From contig CAWBZI010000001.1 of assembly GCA_963793265.1 (NCBI GenBank), forward strand, positions 768,001 through 832,000: a stretch of 64,000 bases of DNA, in the 5' to 3' direction. The DNA is from an uncultured cyanobacterium (GTDB lineage Bacteria > Cyanobacteriota > Cyanobacteriia > Phormidesmidales > Phormidesmidaceae). The notes beneath the pieces were generated by a model, which was not told the origin of the DNA, made no database searches, and worked only from the letters and a program-made list of their open reading frames with translations. Below are positions 10,308 to 19,956 of the stretch, piece after piece (the stretch's first letter is position 1; every line of letters begins with the position of its first letter). A program made the translations under genes and the position numbers.

Positions 10308-11243
10308 ATGTTTTTTAGCGTTGTTATTCCTACCTACAACCGCAAGCCGATTTTAGAAAAGTGTCTGCGGGCCATGGAGCATCAGGTACTTAGCCCTGAT
10401 GGGCCAGTTGAGGGCTATGAGATTGTGCTGGTAGATGATGGCTCGACCGATGGCACGGTGGAATGGATTCAGGCAAATGCGGCTGAGTTTGAGCATGTGA
10501 AGCTATACGAGCAGAATCATGAGGGGGCGGCGATCGCCCGGAACTTCGGCGTCCAGCAAGCCACAGGCGACACCATCATATTCATCGACAGCGATCTGGT
10601 GGTGTTAGACGGCTTTTTGCAGCATCACGCCGACGCGCTCACCCAGGCTTACGAACAGGGAAACGAGCGCGTTTTTACCTATGGCCGCGTAGTCAACACC
10701 TGCAATTTTGAAGCACCGACCACTGAGCCTTTTAAGGTGACTGATTACTCACGCGCCTTTTTTGCGACCGGGAATGTTGCGATCGCCAAACGCTGGCTAC
10801 TAGAAGCGGGCCTATTCGACACCCAGTTCACACAGTACGGCTGGGAAGACCTGGAGCTGGGCGTACGGCTCAAAAATAACGGCCTATCGCTGATAAAGTG
10901 TCCTGAAGCTGTCGGCTATCACTGGCATCCTGCTTTTTCAGTAGAAGAACTGCCTGATTTGATCAGCCGAGAAATGCAGAGCGCGCGGATGGGCGTGGTG
11001 TTTTATAAAAAGCATCCGACCCTAGACGTGCGGCTGATGATTCAGATGACCTGGCTGCATAGAATACTGTGGGGATCGCTCTCGCTGGGCGGACTGCTTA
11101 ATGAACGAACGCTCGGGCCTGCGATGCGCTGGCTGATTGATAAAGGGCATCCGCAGCTATCGCAGCAGGTATCGCGGATATTTTTGAACTGGTACAACGT
11201 GAACGCGGTTCATAAAGCTTGGCGAGAAGCAGACGTAAAATAA
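10308..11243 (+). CDS. Glycosyltransferase family 2
   Basis: SVVIPTYNR, VDDGSTDGT, FIDSD (DxD) and GWEDLELG. Confidence 0.9.
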   Translation: MFFSVVIPTYNRKPILEKCLRAMEHQVLSPDGPVEGYEIVLVDDGSTDGTVEWIQANAAEFEHVKLYEQNHEGAAIARNFGVQQATGDTIIFIDSDLVVLDGFLQHHADALTQAYEQGNERVFTYGRVVNTCNFEAPTTEPFKVTDYSRAFFATGNVAIAKRWLLEAGLFDTQFTQYGWEDLELGVRLKNNGLSLIKCPEAVGYHWHPAFSVEELPDLISREMQSARMGVVFYKKHPTLDVRLMIQMTWLHRILWGSLSLGGLLNERTLGPAMRWLIDKGHPQLSQQVSRIFLNWYNVNAVHKAWREADVK

Positions 11244-11258
11244 GACAAAAAGCGGAGG

Positions 11259-11885
11259 ATGGCCATGGCTGACGATGCGATTAAGCTGTTTCAAATGCTG
11301 GTAGCAGCCGGTGCCAAGCCCGGCGAAGATTTTTCGTACGATTTGCAAACAGCTTCAGCTCAGATCAGCGATCGCGCCTTTGAAAAGCTCAAAGCAGCCT
11401 ACCCTGACGTAGACTGGCCCAGCATTTGTCAGGAGGTAGAAGTCGATCCGAATCTGCCTGCCGAATATCTCAATACGTATCTGGGCACCGACTTTGTTAG
11501 CCAGATTTTGGCTCGCATAGAACAGCGAATAGACGAGCTAGAACCCGGCCATGCCACCTGGTACTTACAGCAGGTATTAGGCGGCGTAGAGCATCGCACG
11601 AATGTACCGCTTTACGTGTTGCTGCAAAGGCAACTGCCGCTGAATAAGCAGGCTCAGCTTGAACGACTGCTCCGGCAAGAAGCCGATCCCTGCTACATCT
11701 GGATGAGCGATTTGATTGAGGCCGCAGGTGGTAAGCCCGAAGACGTGGAGCTTTCGGCAGATGAAGCCACGCTGACACAAAGCGGACTGGCCTTGCTTAC
11801 GGCTGTGTGGACGGGAGAGTACGATCTGTTAGAGAGCGAAGATTCGGACGGTCAGGGTTTGGAAGGTTTGGACACGGGAGGCTAA
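11259..11885 (+). CDS. Hypothetical protein
   Basis: 208-aa ORF with GGAGG upstream, co-oriented with the GT2 gene. Confidence 0.7.
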   Translation: MAMADDAIKLFQMLVAAGAKPGEDFSYDLQTASAQISDRAFEKLKAAYPDVDWPSICQEVEVDPNLPAEYLNTYLGTDFVSQILARIEQRIDELEPGHATWYLQQVLGGVEHRTNVPLYVLLQRQLPLNKQAQLERLLRQEADPCYIWMSDLIEAAGGKPEDVELSADEATLTQSGLALLTAVWTGEYDLLESEDSDGQGLEGLDTGG

Positions 11886-11927
11886 GGAGTGAGGATTAGA
11901 TAAACTGCTCAACCGTTATTTGCAGGA

Positions 11928-12012
11928 GCCCTCACCCCAACCCTCTCCCGGCGAGAGAGGGAGCCGGATTCAAAGTCCCTCTCCCGCCGGGAGAGGGATT
12001 TAGGGTGAGGGC
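11928..12012. repeat. REP/MITE-like palindromic element with terminal inverted repeats and two internal hairpins
   Basis: GCCCTCACCC...GGGTGAGGGC ends; internal CCCTCTC...GAGAGGG hairpin twice; related half copy at 46781-46825. Confidence 0.75.
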
Positions 12013-12044
12013 CGCGATGTGTTTAGGTTATTTGATCCTCGTTC

Positions 12045-12833
12045 CTAAGATGTTGCCGTGTTAACGACTAAAGCAGAACCATGCAGCGTACCGCCGCGAT
12101 GAGCAAGATACATCACGGCTTCAGCCACATCTAAAAAAGGACGCGCCTCACCTGGCATCGCTTCATTTACTGGTTCAACCACTGGCCCGGTGAGTACTTG
12201 AGACATGAGTAGATTGATATCGCCTGCCTCAGGGGTCTTGTGAAAGGGGGCTTCGATAGGCGCAGCCCAGATGATATTCGCGGTGACCGTGTTAGCTGAG
12301 AGCTGCTGTGTGATCGCCTGCGTCATGGCCACCACCCCACCCTGACAAATCGCCGCAACCGTTTGAAACTCAGTATCAGGCCGCTTCTCAATTAAGTTGA
12401 TAATCGTGCCGCGATCGCCCTGCTGCAAAAACGGCAGCGCATACTGACAACAAAAAAAAGTCCCCTTTAGCAAAGGCTCCGTCACCCGATCCCACACTGA
12501 CTCAGTGATCGTTTGCACTGAGCCATCTTGCGGATAGCGATCGCTCACATGATTAAACAAAATATCCAACCGGCCATAGGTCGCAATCGTCTCGTCCACC
12601 ACCGCCTGAACGTCAGCCGTCACCGCCGTATCGGCCAGCACAAACGTCGCCCGACCGCCCTCACGCCGAATCTGTCGAACGGTCGCGAGCCCTTGATTAG
12701 CATTACGCCCGCACACCATCACCTTTGCCCCCTCGCTGGCAAGCTGAATCGCCGTACTCGCACAAATACCCGCCCGGCTACTCGTCACCAGCGCGACTTT
12801 CTGGTCTAATTTTTGATTTAGGGGCATCGCCAC
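12045..12833 (-). CDS. SDR-family oxidoreductase-like protein with degenerate motifs
   Basis: KVALVT, YGRLDILFN and GTIINL pattern, but TSSRAGIC replaces TGxxxGxG and there is no YxxxK. Confidence 0.75.
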   Translation of the reverse strand: MAMPLNQKLDQKVALVTSSRAGICASTAIQLASEGAKVMVCGRNANQGLATVRQIRREGGRATFVLADTAVTADVQAVVDETIATYGRLDILFNHVSDRYPQDGSVQTITESVWDRVTEPLLKGTFFCCQYALPFLQQGDRGTIINLIEKRPDTEFQTVAAICQGGVVAMTQAITQQLSANTVTANIIWAAPIEAPFHKTPEAGDINLLMSQVLTGPVVEPVNEAMPGEARPFLDVAEAVMYLAHRGGTLHGSALVVNTATS

Positions 12834-12992
12834 TTCCCTATGCGGTAAGTGGGTCTAGTTAGGAAAGTAAATGATTCTAGTGGCGACCGGCAAATATCGT
12901 AAACCATAGGAACTTTAAGACGGCAACGACGTTTTCCTTTGAGCTGCAATATAGAGCTGCAAATATATTACCAACCCACCGATCCTCTACCG

Positions 12993-13481
12993 ATGAAAAT
13001 ACAGATGCGACCGACCACCTCAGCCGATCTGACGTTTGTTTTGGCCTGCGAGCAGCATCCTGATAATGCGCCCTATATTGGGCAGTGGGTGCGATCGCGT
13101 CATCAGTCAGCAATCGACAGTAAGGATGAAGCTCATTTTATAGTGACTAAGGGCAATGACCCTATTGGCTACGTCATCCTAACGGGCCTTACTGACCCTC
13201 ACCAAGGGATACATTTAAAGCGGGTCGTCATCATTCCAAAAGGACAGGGCTACGGGAGGCAAACGCTGCAATGGGTCAAAGCATTTGCCTTCAAAACGCA
13301 GCAGGTTCATCGCCTTTGGTTTGATGTCATTGCCAGCAACCATCGCGCCCGATCGCTCTACAAAAGCGAAGGCTTCACCGAAGAAGGGGTTCTGCGCAAT
13401 AGCTGGAAAACAGCCAGCGGCTACGAAGACATGGTTCTGCTATCAATGCTGGCCTCAGAATACGCATCCGAAGCGGGCTAA
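12993..13481 (+). CDS. GNAT-family N-acetyltransferase
   Basis: KGQGYGR acetyl-CoA motif, NHRARSLYKSEGFTEEG. Confidence 0.85.
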   Translation: MKIQMRPTTSADLTFVLACEQHPDNAPYIGQWVRSRHQSAIDSKDEAHFIVTKGNDPIGYVILTGLTDPHQGIHLKRVVIIPKGQGYGRQTLQWVKAFAFKTQQVHRLWFDVIASNHRARSLYKSEGFTEEGVLRNSWKTASGYEDMVLLSMLASEYASEAG

Positions 13482-14401
13482 ATCGCCCCTAACACTTCAG
13501 CCAACAGAGCCTGCTGCGCGTGCATTCTATTCTCCACCTCATCCCAAATGCGAGACTGCTTACCCTCCATCACCTCAGCCGTAATCTCCTCGCCCCGATG
13601 TGCAGGCAAACAGTGCAGCACAATCGCCTTAGGATCAGCGACAGCCAGCAGCTCGCGATTAATTTGATACGGCTCAAAAATCGGAATCCGCGAGTCCGCC
13701 AAATCCTCTTGCCCCATACTCGCCCAAACATCGGTATACAAGGTGTGCGCGCCCTCCACCGCCGCCTTAGCATCTTGAGTCACCACCACCTCGCTCCGCC
13801 CCTGGCTAATTGCCTGCGCCTTTTTAACAATCGCCTCATCGGGCTCATACCCTTCCGGCGTCCCAATTCGCACATTCATCCCCATCAGCGCGCAGCCCAA
13901 AATCAGCGAATGCGCCACATTATTGCCATCGCCCAGATACGTCATCGTCAGCCCTTCACACTTACCAAACTCCTCCTGCACCGTCAGCAAGTCAGCAAGT
14001 ATTTGACAGGGATGCTCCAAATCAGTCAGCGCGTTAATAATCGGAATATTGCCCTGCTGCGCAAACTCTTCCACCTCAGACTGCTCATAGGTACGAATCG
14101 CCAGCACGTCCAAATAGCGATCGAGTACGCGAGCCGTATCAGCGGTAGGCTCACCTCGACCAATCTGAGTAAGATTTGCATTGAGATCTATCACCTGGCC
14201 GCCCAGCTTATACATCGCCGCCGTGAAGCTAACGCGCGTACGAGTAGAGGCTTTTTTGAACACGAGGCCCAGAATCTTCTGGGGGCACTGGGGGTTAATG
14301 TCTCCTGACTTTATTTGCGCCGCCGTCTTGAGCAAATGGCTCATTTCATCTGTGGTGAGATCCGCTAAGCTCAGCAGGCTTCGTCCCTTGAGTGCCGCCA
14401 T
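13478..14401 (-). CDS. argF: Ornithine carbamoyltransferase
   Basis: STRTRVSF, HPCQILAD, DVWASMG and LHCLPAHRGEE motifs. Confidence 0.96.
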   Translation of the reverse strand: MAALKGRSLLSLADLTTDEMSHLLKTAAQIKSGDINPQCPQKILGLVFKKASTRTRVSFTAAMYKLGGQVIDLNANLTQIGRGEPTADTARVLDRYLDVLAIRTYEQSEVEEFAQQGNIPIINALTDLEHPCQILADLLTVQEEFGKCEGLTMTYLGDGNNVAHSLILGCALMGMNVRIGTPEGYEPDEAIVKKAQAISQGRSEVVVTQDAKAAVEGAHTLYTDVWASMGQEDLADSRIPIFEPYQINRELLAVADPKAIVLHCLPAHRGEEITAEVMEGKQSRIWDEVENRMHAQQALLAEVLGAI

Positions 14402-14553
14402 ATATTTTTCCCGAGTGTGTTTAGAGTGCAAAGGCAAGTTAAAACGCTAGCAGAAGTTCTATAAATAGGGAATAGGCACAGGCAATCCATTTGAGAGATG
14501 CTGTAGGAAGCCGTGCGCAAGGTTTTGAGAAAGGTTTTAAAAGGAAATTTGAG

Positions 14554-15168
14554 ATGGGTATCTATTCACAGCTAATTTTTCCGCGTTTGCTGGAGATGAG
14601 CATGTCGTCTGAGTCGATGACGAGCTACCGACAACAGCTATTAAAAGACGTGACGGGTGATGTGTTGGAAATTGGCTTTGGGACTGGGTTGAATTTGCCG
14701 CATTATCCAGAGGGCGTTACGTCGCTGACGACGGTTGATCCTAATGAAGGGATGGATGCGATCGCTCAAAAACGTATCAACCAAAGCCCCATCCCCGTCA
14801 CCCACAAAATCCTCAGCGGCGAAAATCTCCCCATGCCCGCCGCCAGCTTTGACAACATCGTCTGTACCTGGACGCTGTGCAGCATTCCCAACGTGCACAA
14901 AGCCCTCAGCGAAGCCTACCGAGTCCTCAAGCCCGGCGGCAAGTTCTTTTTTATCGAACACGGTCTTAGCAACGAGCCGGGCATTCAAACCTGGCAAAAT
15001 CGCATTACGCCTGTTCAACGCATTGTTGCTGATGGGTGCCACCTCAATCGCAAAATAGGCGAGCTAGTAGGAGAGATCTTTGACGAGGTAACAGTAGAAG
15101 AGTTTTATGCAGATGACTTACCTAAAATCATGGGTTACTTCTATCGAGGAACCGGCATCAAGCGGTAG
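14554..15168 (+). CDS. Class I SAM-dependent methyltransferase
   Basis: VLEIGFGTG, FDNIVCTWTLCS, RVLKPGG and GCHLNR. Confidence 0.88.
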   Translation: MGIYSQLIFPRLLEMSMSSESMTSYRQQLLKDVTGDVLEIGFGTGLNLPHYPEGVTSLTTVDPNEGMDAIAQKRINQSPIPVTHKILSGENLPMPAASFDNIVCTWTLCSIPNVHKALSEAYRVLKPGGKFFFIEHGLSNEPGIQTWQNRITPVQRIVADGCHLNRKIGELVGEIFDEVTVEEFYADDLPKIMGYFYRGTGIKR

Positions 15169-15250
15169 TGATGATTAATGCCTTAGTAATGGCAGGACTA
15201 TAGCAGCAAATGTGTTTATCTCTAATCTACTTGTGCCGGTCTACTCATTT

Positions 15251-16123
15251 CTAGATCGCTCGATCAACAAACTGTTCAACAACTTGCCTATGCTCAGGCG
15301 ATAAATGATTATCATGTCCGCCGCCTTCAATCACGACAAGCTGTTTGATCTCAGGCGCTGCCTCATACAGACGCTCTCCCATCGCCACAGGAATTTGCAG
15401 ATCTGAAGTGCCCGTCAAAATCAGCACGGGCATTTGAACCGATGCCATCTTTGCCGAAGATTCAAAGTGTTGCGTCAGCAGAACCTCTACTGGCAGTAGC
15501 CAATACAAACCAAATCGCTTGGTCATATCGCGCATACTAGAAAAAGAGCTTTGAACAATTAATGCGGCAGCTTCTGGTTGTTTGGCTGCTAGGTCAATAG
15601 CTACAGCGCCCCCAGCTGAATGACCATAAATGACAATATCTTCAGGAAAAATACCTTGCTGCTGAATCAAGTAATTCCATGCTGCTTGAGCATCTTGATA
15701 AAGCTGAACCTCGTTAGGAAAACTACCTTCACTTTGACCGAAGCCGCGATAGTCGAACAAAAAAATAGAATAGCCTAGCTCATAAAACTGAAGCGTCTGG
15801 CTGACATTAGCGCCTATATTGATCGCATTGTGATGAAAATACAGCATCACAGGCGCATCTTCTTTCTCAGCAGGAATCCACCAGCCATGCAAATTCTCCA
15901 ATCGCCCTGCATCCGCTTGAACAGAAAATCGAACATCCTGATACTTCAGGTCGTACAGCTCAGGCGTATTTGCAAGCTGACGTGTGGGAAAAAACATCAG
16001 TCGCTGTTGCTGAAAATAAAGCGCACCACAAAACAGGCTATAGCCTACTGCAATCTTAAGAGCTAAAGGCTTCCAGCGTTTCCAGCCGACTTCCTTTCCA
16101 GGCACTTGCTTTGTGACGCTCAC
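15251..16123 (-). CDS. Alpha/beta hydrolase (ABHD13/Bem46-like)
   Basis: FDYRGFGQSEG, GHSAGG, GGGHDN; N-terminal TM. Confidence 0.85.
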   Translation of the reverse strand: MSVTKQVPGKEVGWKRWKPLALKIAVGYSLFCGALYFQQQRLMFFPTRQLANTPELYDLKYQDVRFSVQADAGRLENLHGWWIPAEKEDAPVMLYFHHNAINIGANVSQTLQFYELGYSIFLFDYRGFGQSEGSFPNEVQLYQDAQAAWNYLIQQQGIFPEDIVIYGHSAGGAVAIDLAAKQPEAAALIVQSSFSSMRDMTKRFGLYWLLPVEVLLTQHFESSAKMASVQMPVLILTGTSDLQIPVAMGERLYEAAPEIKQLVVIEGGGHDNHLSPEHRQVVEQFVDRAI

Positions 16124-16362
16124 TAACCGTTTACTGACTTTGATTGGATAGATTGTTCGCTATCCGTAGCTTCTAGTTTCTGACGGATAGCGGCCTGCAC
16201 TTTCTGATCAAAATCAGGATCGTTAGGACTTGCGATAATTCTAAGCGGGTTCCGATTGATCCTATCCATGTACGCTTGAAACGCAGCTTGGTTTCCGCGA
16301 TGCCGCAAAAAGTATTGCTTCAGCTCATCCGTAGACATTGCTTCATAGTTAATTGGATTCAT
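16123..16362 (-). CDS. DUF6887-like small protein
   Basis: YEAMSTDELKQYFLRHRGNQAAFQAYMDR; overlaps its upstream partner. Confidence 0.7.
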   Translation of the reverse strand: MNPINYEAMSTDELKQYFLRHRGNQAAFQAYMDRINRNPLRIIASPNDPDFDQKVQAAIRQKLEATDSEQSIQSKSVNG

Positions 16363-16546
16363 CAGCAAACTCTCCACTAGGTAAAATTTGAAACTCAAGC
16401 TCTTCGTCGTACCCAGCTAGTATGTACAGATTGCGAGTTCTATCATCAATGCAGATTAGATGTATAGGCTGAAGCATTGTGTATGTGAGCTGGTAGCTGA
16501 CACGGTAGAGGCTCTTAAGCTGAGCAGAGGTCGGTACTTTAATCAA
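16349..16546 (-). CDS. DUF6888-like small protein
   Basis: PTSAQL...LTYTMLQPIHLICIDDRTRNLYILAG...ILPSGE; coupled to the DUF6887-like gene. Confidence 0.68.
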   Translation of the reverse strand: MIKVPTSAQLKSLYRVSYQLTYTMLQPIHLICIDDRTRNLYILAGYDEELEFQILPSGEFADESN

Positions 16547-16585
16547 TTTAAGTTTCTAGTTCTTCTACAATTTACCACTCAAAAA

Positions 16586-16616
16586 TTGAGGGTGCACTAA
16601 AACCATGCACCCTCAA
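16586..16616 (-). terminator. Rho-independent terminator
   Basis: TTGAGGGTGCA...TGCACCCTCAA stem, followed on the minus strand by a T-run. Confidence 0.65.
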
Positions 16617-16646
16617 CGACAAAACTTATAGATTTAGCAGATAAAC

Positions 16647-17132
16647 TTACTTTTTCTTACTAGGCGGATTTAGCGCATTATCGAGCACTTCACGAGCTGA
16701 CTCAGCATCGTCCTTGGCATCGCGGTAGCGCAAGTTGGTTTGAGCAAACGTCTTCAGCGTTTTAAAACCTGTGTTGAGTTCTTCAATCTGCTCTTCCTCG
16801 ATCATTTCATCGGTAAATAGCAAATCAATCAGCTCACGCACTTTAAGCGCATCTTCGCGGGAGCCCTGCACCTTGATCTTTAGCTTAGAGAGGTTGCTGA
16901 GGGTTTGCACCGCTTCGACTACTGCATTTTCTTCGTCGGTTGGGTCGTTCTTGGGCTCTTTCACTTCAATAAAATCCTTGGGGTTAAAGCCATCGTCAAG
17001 CTCGGTGGGGAGTTTGTCATCATCCATAAGGGCCATGAGCTGATCCATCGCCTTTTCACGCGCTTTGTTGGAATCGCGTCCGGCGACATCAATGAGAACT
17101 TCAGGGCTCTGGGCAAGCGTATATTGAACCAT
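16647..17132 (-). CDS. Hypothetical protein (acidic, helical)
   Basis: ORF starting MVQYTLAQSPEV, followed by a terminator. Confidence 0.75.
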   Translation of the reverse strand: MVQYTLAQSPEVLIDVAGRDSNKAREKAMDQLMALMDDDKLPTELDDGFNPKDFIEVKEPKNDPTDEENAVVEAVQTLSNLSKLKIKVQGSREDALKVRELIDLLFTDEMIEEEQIEELNTGFKTLKTFAQTNLRYRDAKDDAESAREVLDNALNPPSKKK

Positions 17133-17318
17133 GGGCTTAGATAGTAAACTTGTACTAACATAATATACTGGACTACGCCCTTTTCTACGTCTTTTTGTGT
17201 TTCTATGCAACCTATTGAGCGAAATAAATTACATAATTTCTTGGGCAAGGTCTGACGCTTCTATAAAATCGGTAGGTATAACGACTTACTGACAGTCCGC
17301 ATCTGTAGCAAGGAACCC

Positions 17319-18707
17319 ATGAAACCAATTAGCGCCACCAAGATAAATTGCTATCGCCCTCCTGGCAGGCGGCTGATTGCGCATAGTATAGGCGTCACGG
17401 CGCTGTGCTTGGCTGGAACAAGCTCAATGGATTTGCCGAAGTTTAGGGCACTAGCAAACGAACCTTCTGCGCTTGATGAGCTGCTAGATGATGAAGTGAG
17501 TGATGAGTTAGACGAAGGATTGGAGACTGAAGATAGAACGGATGATGCAGCGGCGGTTTTGCAGCAGGCGACTGATTTTGCGCTCAGAGCTGAGCTGCTG
17601 ACGCAAACGGCAGCCTCGGCGGCAGATTGGGATCGGGTGATGGGGCAGTGGTTGGAGGCGATCGCACTCATCCAGTCCATCCCCCCCGAAAATCCCTCAC
17701 GCATTATCGCCCAACGCCAGCTCCGCACCTACCTACAGCGCTTACTAGACACTCAGCAACGTACCGAACAGGCTAGCCCGATGACAGGACTGCCGAGCTT
17801 GGGCAGCGAACTATTAAACGCTCAGCTCGCGGGCTATCTTTCTTACGTAGCGACGGTCGGTACGCCTGATGTTTTGATTGTCGGCAGCTCGCGAGCTTTG
17901 CAGGGCATCGATCCGCAGGTGATGCAGCAGACATTAGCGAGCAGGGGCTATGGCGACTTAAGCGTGTTTAACTTCAGTGTGAATGGGGCCACGGCGCAGG
18001 TTGTGAACTTTGTGCTGAGTGAGCTGTTGCCGGAGCCGCTGCCCAAGGTGATTGTGTGGGGTGACGGGTCAAGGGCTTTTAATGATGGGAGGCGCGATCG
18101 CACCTGGGAAAGTATCGCTGCATCGCCGGGCTATCAGGCGCTTAATCGGGGGGCTGTGCTGGGGGTGGAGAGTGCGATCGCTAATCGGGTTACGGCGCGA
18201 TCGCCGCTACCTGAAATCTCAGGTAACTTAGACGCCTTTGGCTTCTCAGCCGTAGGCGATAGGTTTGCGCCTCACACCTACTACGAGCAGTTTCCAAAAG
18301 TAAACGGTCGCTACGACGGAGCCTATTCGCCCTTTGTGCTCTATGGCGCTCAAACGGTTGCACTCTCAGCACTGAGCGCATTTTCTAAAGCTCAAAATTC
18401 TCAGCTAATATTCGTCAACCTGCCCCTCAGCGGCAGCTACTTAGACGACTACCGGCTGTACTACGAAGGCCAGTTTCAGCAGTTCTTGCAGGCTCAGGGT
18501 GCGGCAATGGGCTTCGAGGTCGTGGACTTATTAACGCAGTGGCGTGAGCAGCCGGGGCTCTTTGCTGATCCTAGTCATATTAATCAGGAAGGAGCAGCCG
18601 TGATTGCGGCTCAGCTTGCCCAGCATCCTAAAGTGTTGGGTGCGATCGCTCGTCCCAGCAATATTCTCCCAGTGCCAGCGCCACCCGGAACCAGCACAAA
18701 TCCTTAA
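17319..18707 (+). CDS. Secreted SGNH-like (DUF1574-type) protein
   Basis: VLIVGSSRALQGIDP, NFSVNGAT and FADPSHIN (DxxH); hydrophobic N-terminus. Confidence 0.7.
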   Translation: MKPISATKINCYRPPGRRLIAHSIGVTALCLAGTSSMDLPKFRALANEPSALDELLDDEVSDELDEGLETEDRTDDAAAVLQQATDFALRAELLTQTAASAADWDRVMGQWLEAIALIQSIPPENPSRIIAQRQLRTYLQRLLDTQQRTEQASPMTGLPSLGSELLNAQLAGYLSYVATVGTPDVLIVGSSRALQGIDPQVMQQTLASRGYGDLSVFNFSVNGATAQVVNFVLSELLPEPLPKVIVWGDGSRAFNDGRRDRTWESIAASPGYQALNRGAVLGVESAIANRVTARSPLPEISGNLDAFGFSAVGDRFAPHTYYEQFPKVNGRYDGAYSPFVLYGAQTVALSALSAFSKAQNSQLIFVNLPLSGSYLDDYRLYYEGQFQQFLQAQGAAMGFEVVDLLTQWREQPGLFADPSHINQEGAAVIAAQLAQHPKVLGAIARPSNILPVPAPPGTSTNP

Positions 18708-18896
18708 AACGACATCAAAATTGTTGCATAGAGTACAGTAATCAACTTTTGCAACCACTATATTTACCCCAATGCTTAGCTCAATAGGTTTCGCGCCGTC
18801 GCGTTGATCTCACACCTTGTTGAGCAGCACTGCTGAAGAAGAAACTCTTTGCACTCTTTAAAACTACTGCTTCATAGCAAAGTTTAGATTCAACCT

Positions 18897-19856
18897 TTAA
18901 TTATTCATGGAACCCTCGGGCTTGGCTTTTGCCAGGCTCTTTTTTTGGCCAATAATGCTGCGATGCCGAGGACTATTAGTTACTATTTCGGGCTTAGAAA
19001 AGCCCGCTGATTGAAACGCTGCGCTCATATCTAGCGAGAAGTATTGATCCAAATAAGGCTCCGTACTCTTAAGCAACGTCAGAATGTAAGGCGGCATTTT
19101 TAAAAACGTTTCACACTGAGGATTCATATCCATAATCGCAAAATGACCGCCCGGCTTCACCAGCCGATACGCTTCAGCGATAATGGCTTGCGCAGCAGAG
19201 GTTGGTAACTCATGAAAAACCAGACAAACAGACACCAAATCGGCAGAGTCAGCCGGTAGTCCTGTTTCTTCAGCGGGCGCGTGAAGCCATTGAATCGCCG
19301 CCTTATCGTTAGCAAGCTCGCGTTCCATATGCTGCGCCACTGTTACAAAATAAGGCGACAGATCTACGCCCGTAAGCCTGGCACCCGGAAAGGTTTCTTG
19401 CAACGTCACGGTACTGCGACCGGCACCGCAGCCTAAGTCAATAATGCTTTTGGGCACGACCGGCAGCGTCTCCTTTAAAACTTGATGATAGCTTTCGCGC
19501 AAGCTGGCATCACCGTTAATCCCGCCGCGCGCGTCGTCTTCCGGCCAAATGCGAGCGTGTACAGCGCGGGCGGCAACGTCTACTTCCATTGCCGGAAGCC
19601 AGCCCAAATTGCCTTCGTCATAGGCATGAAAGCTGGTGGTGTAGTAGCTCGGGTAGGTGATGTTGGGGTTTGCGATCGCCCTCAGATCATCCTCCCAACC
19701 CGGCCTCTCCTGCAACGCCTGCACCTCATCACGCCAGTACACGCCCAGCGTTTCAGCTCTGTCCATCATCATCGTACGAGCGCGGCCTTTAGCAAACTTA
19801 GCCAGCGGCTTAATCGAGAGCAGGCCGTTGACGACAGAAGTAGCAATCGCATTCAT
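18897..19856 (-). CDS. Class I SAM-dependent methyltransferase
   Basis: YYTTSFHAYDEGNL, IDLGCGAG, VFHELP and RLVKPGG. Confidence 0.88.
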   Translation of the reverse strand: MNAIATSVVNGLLSIKPLAKFAKGRARTMMMDRAETLGVYWRDEVQALQERPGWEDDLRAIANPNITYPSYYTTSFHAYDEGNLGWLPAMEVDVAARAVHARIWPEDDARGGINGDASLRESYHQVLKETLPVVPKSIIDLGCGAGRSTVTLQETFPGARLTGVDLSPYFVTVAQHMERELANDKAAIQWLHAPAEETGLPADSADLVSVCLVFHELPTSAAQAIIAEAYRLVKPGGHFAIMDMNPQCETFLKMPPYILTLLKSTEPYLDQYFSLDMSAAFQSAGFSKPEIVTNSPRHRSIIGQKKSLAKAKPEGSMNN

Positions 19857-19956
19857 AACAAAAACCGTCAGAAAAGTTACAAGTTCACAGCGAAAAGCTG
19901 ACTTACAATAGCAGTCTCGCAGCTTTAGTCACCACACTTTCTCATTTTCTACTACC

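Noticed and set aside
13520..14308. 262-aa ORF antisense to argF (and similar shadow ORFs such as 4803-5333 and 46818-47459)
   Set aside because: They lie antisense to well-identified genes, have biased composition and show no motifs
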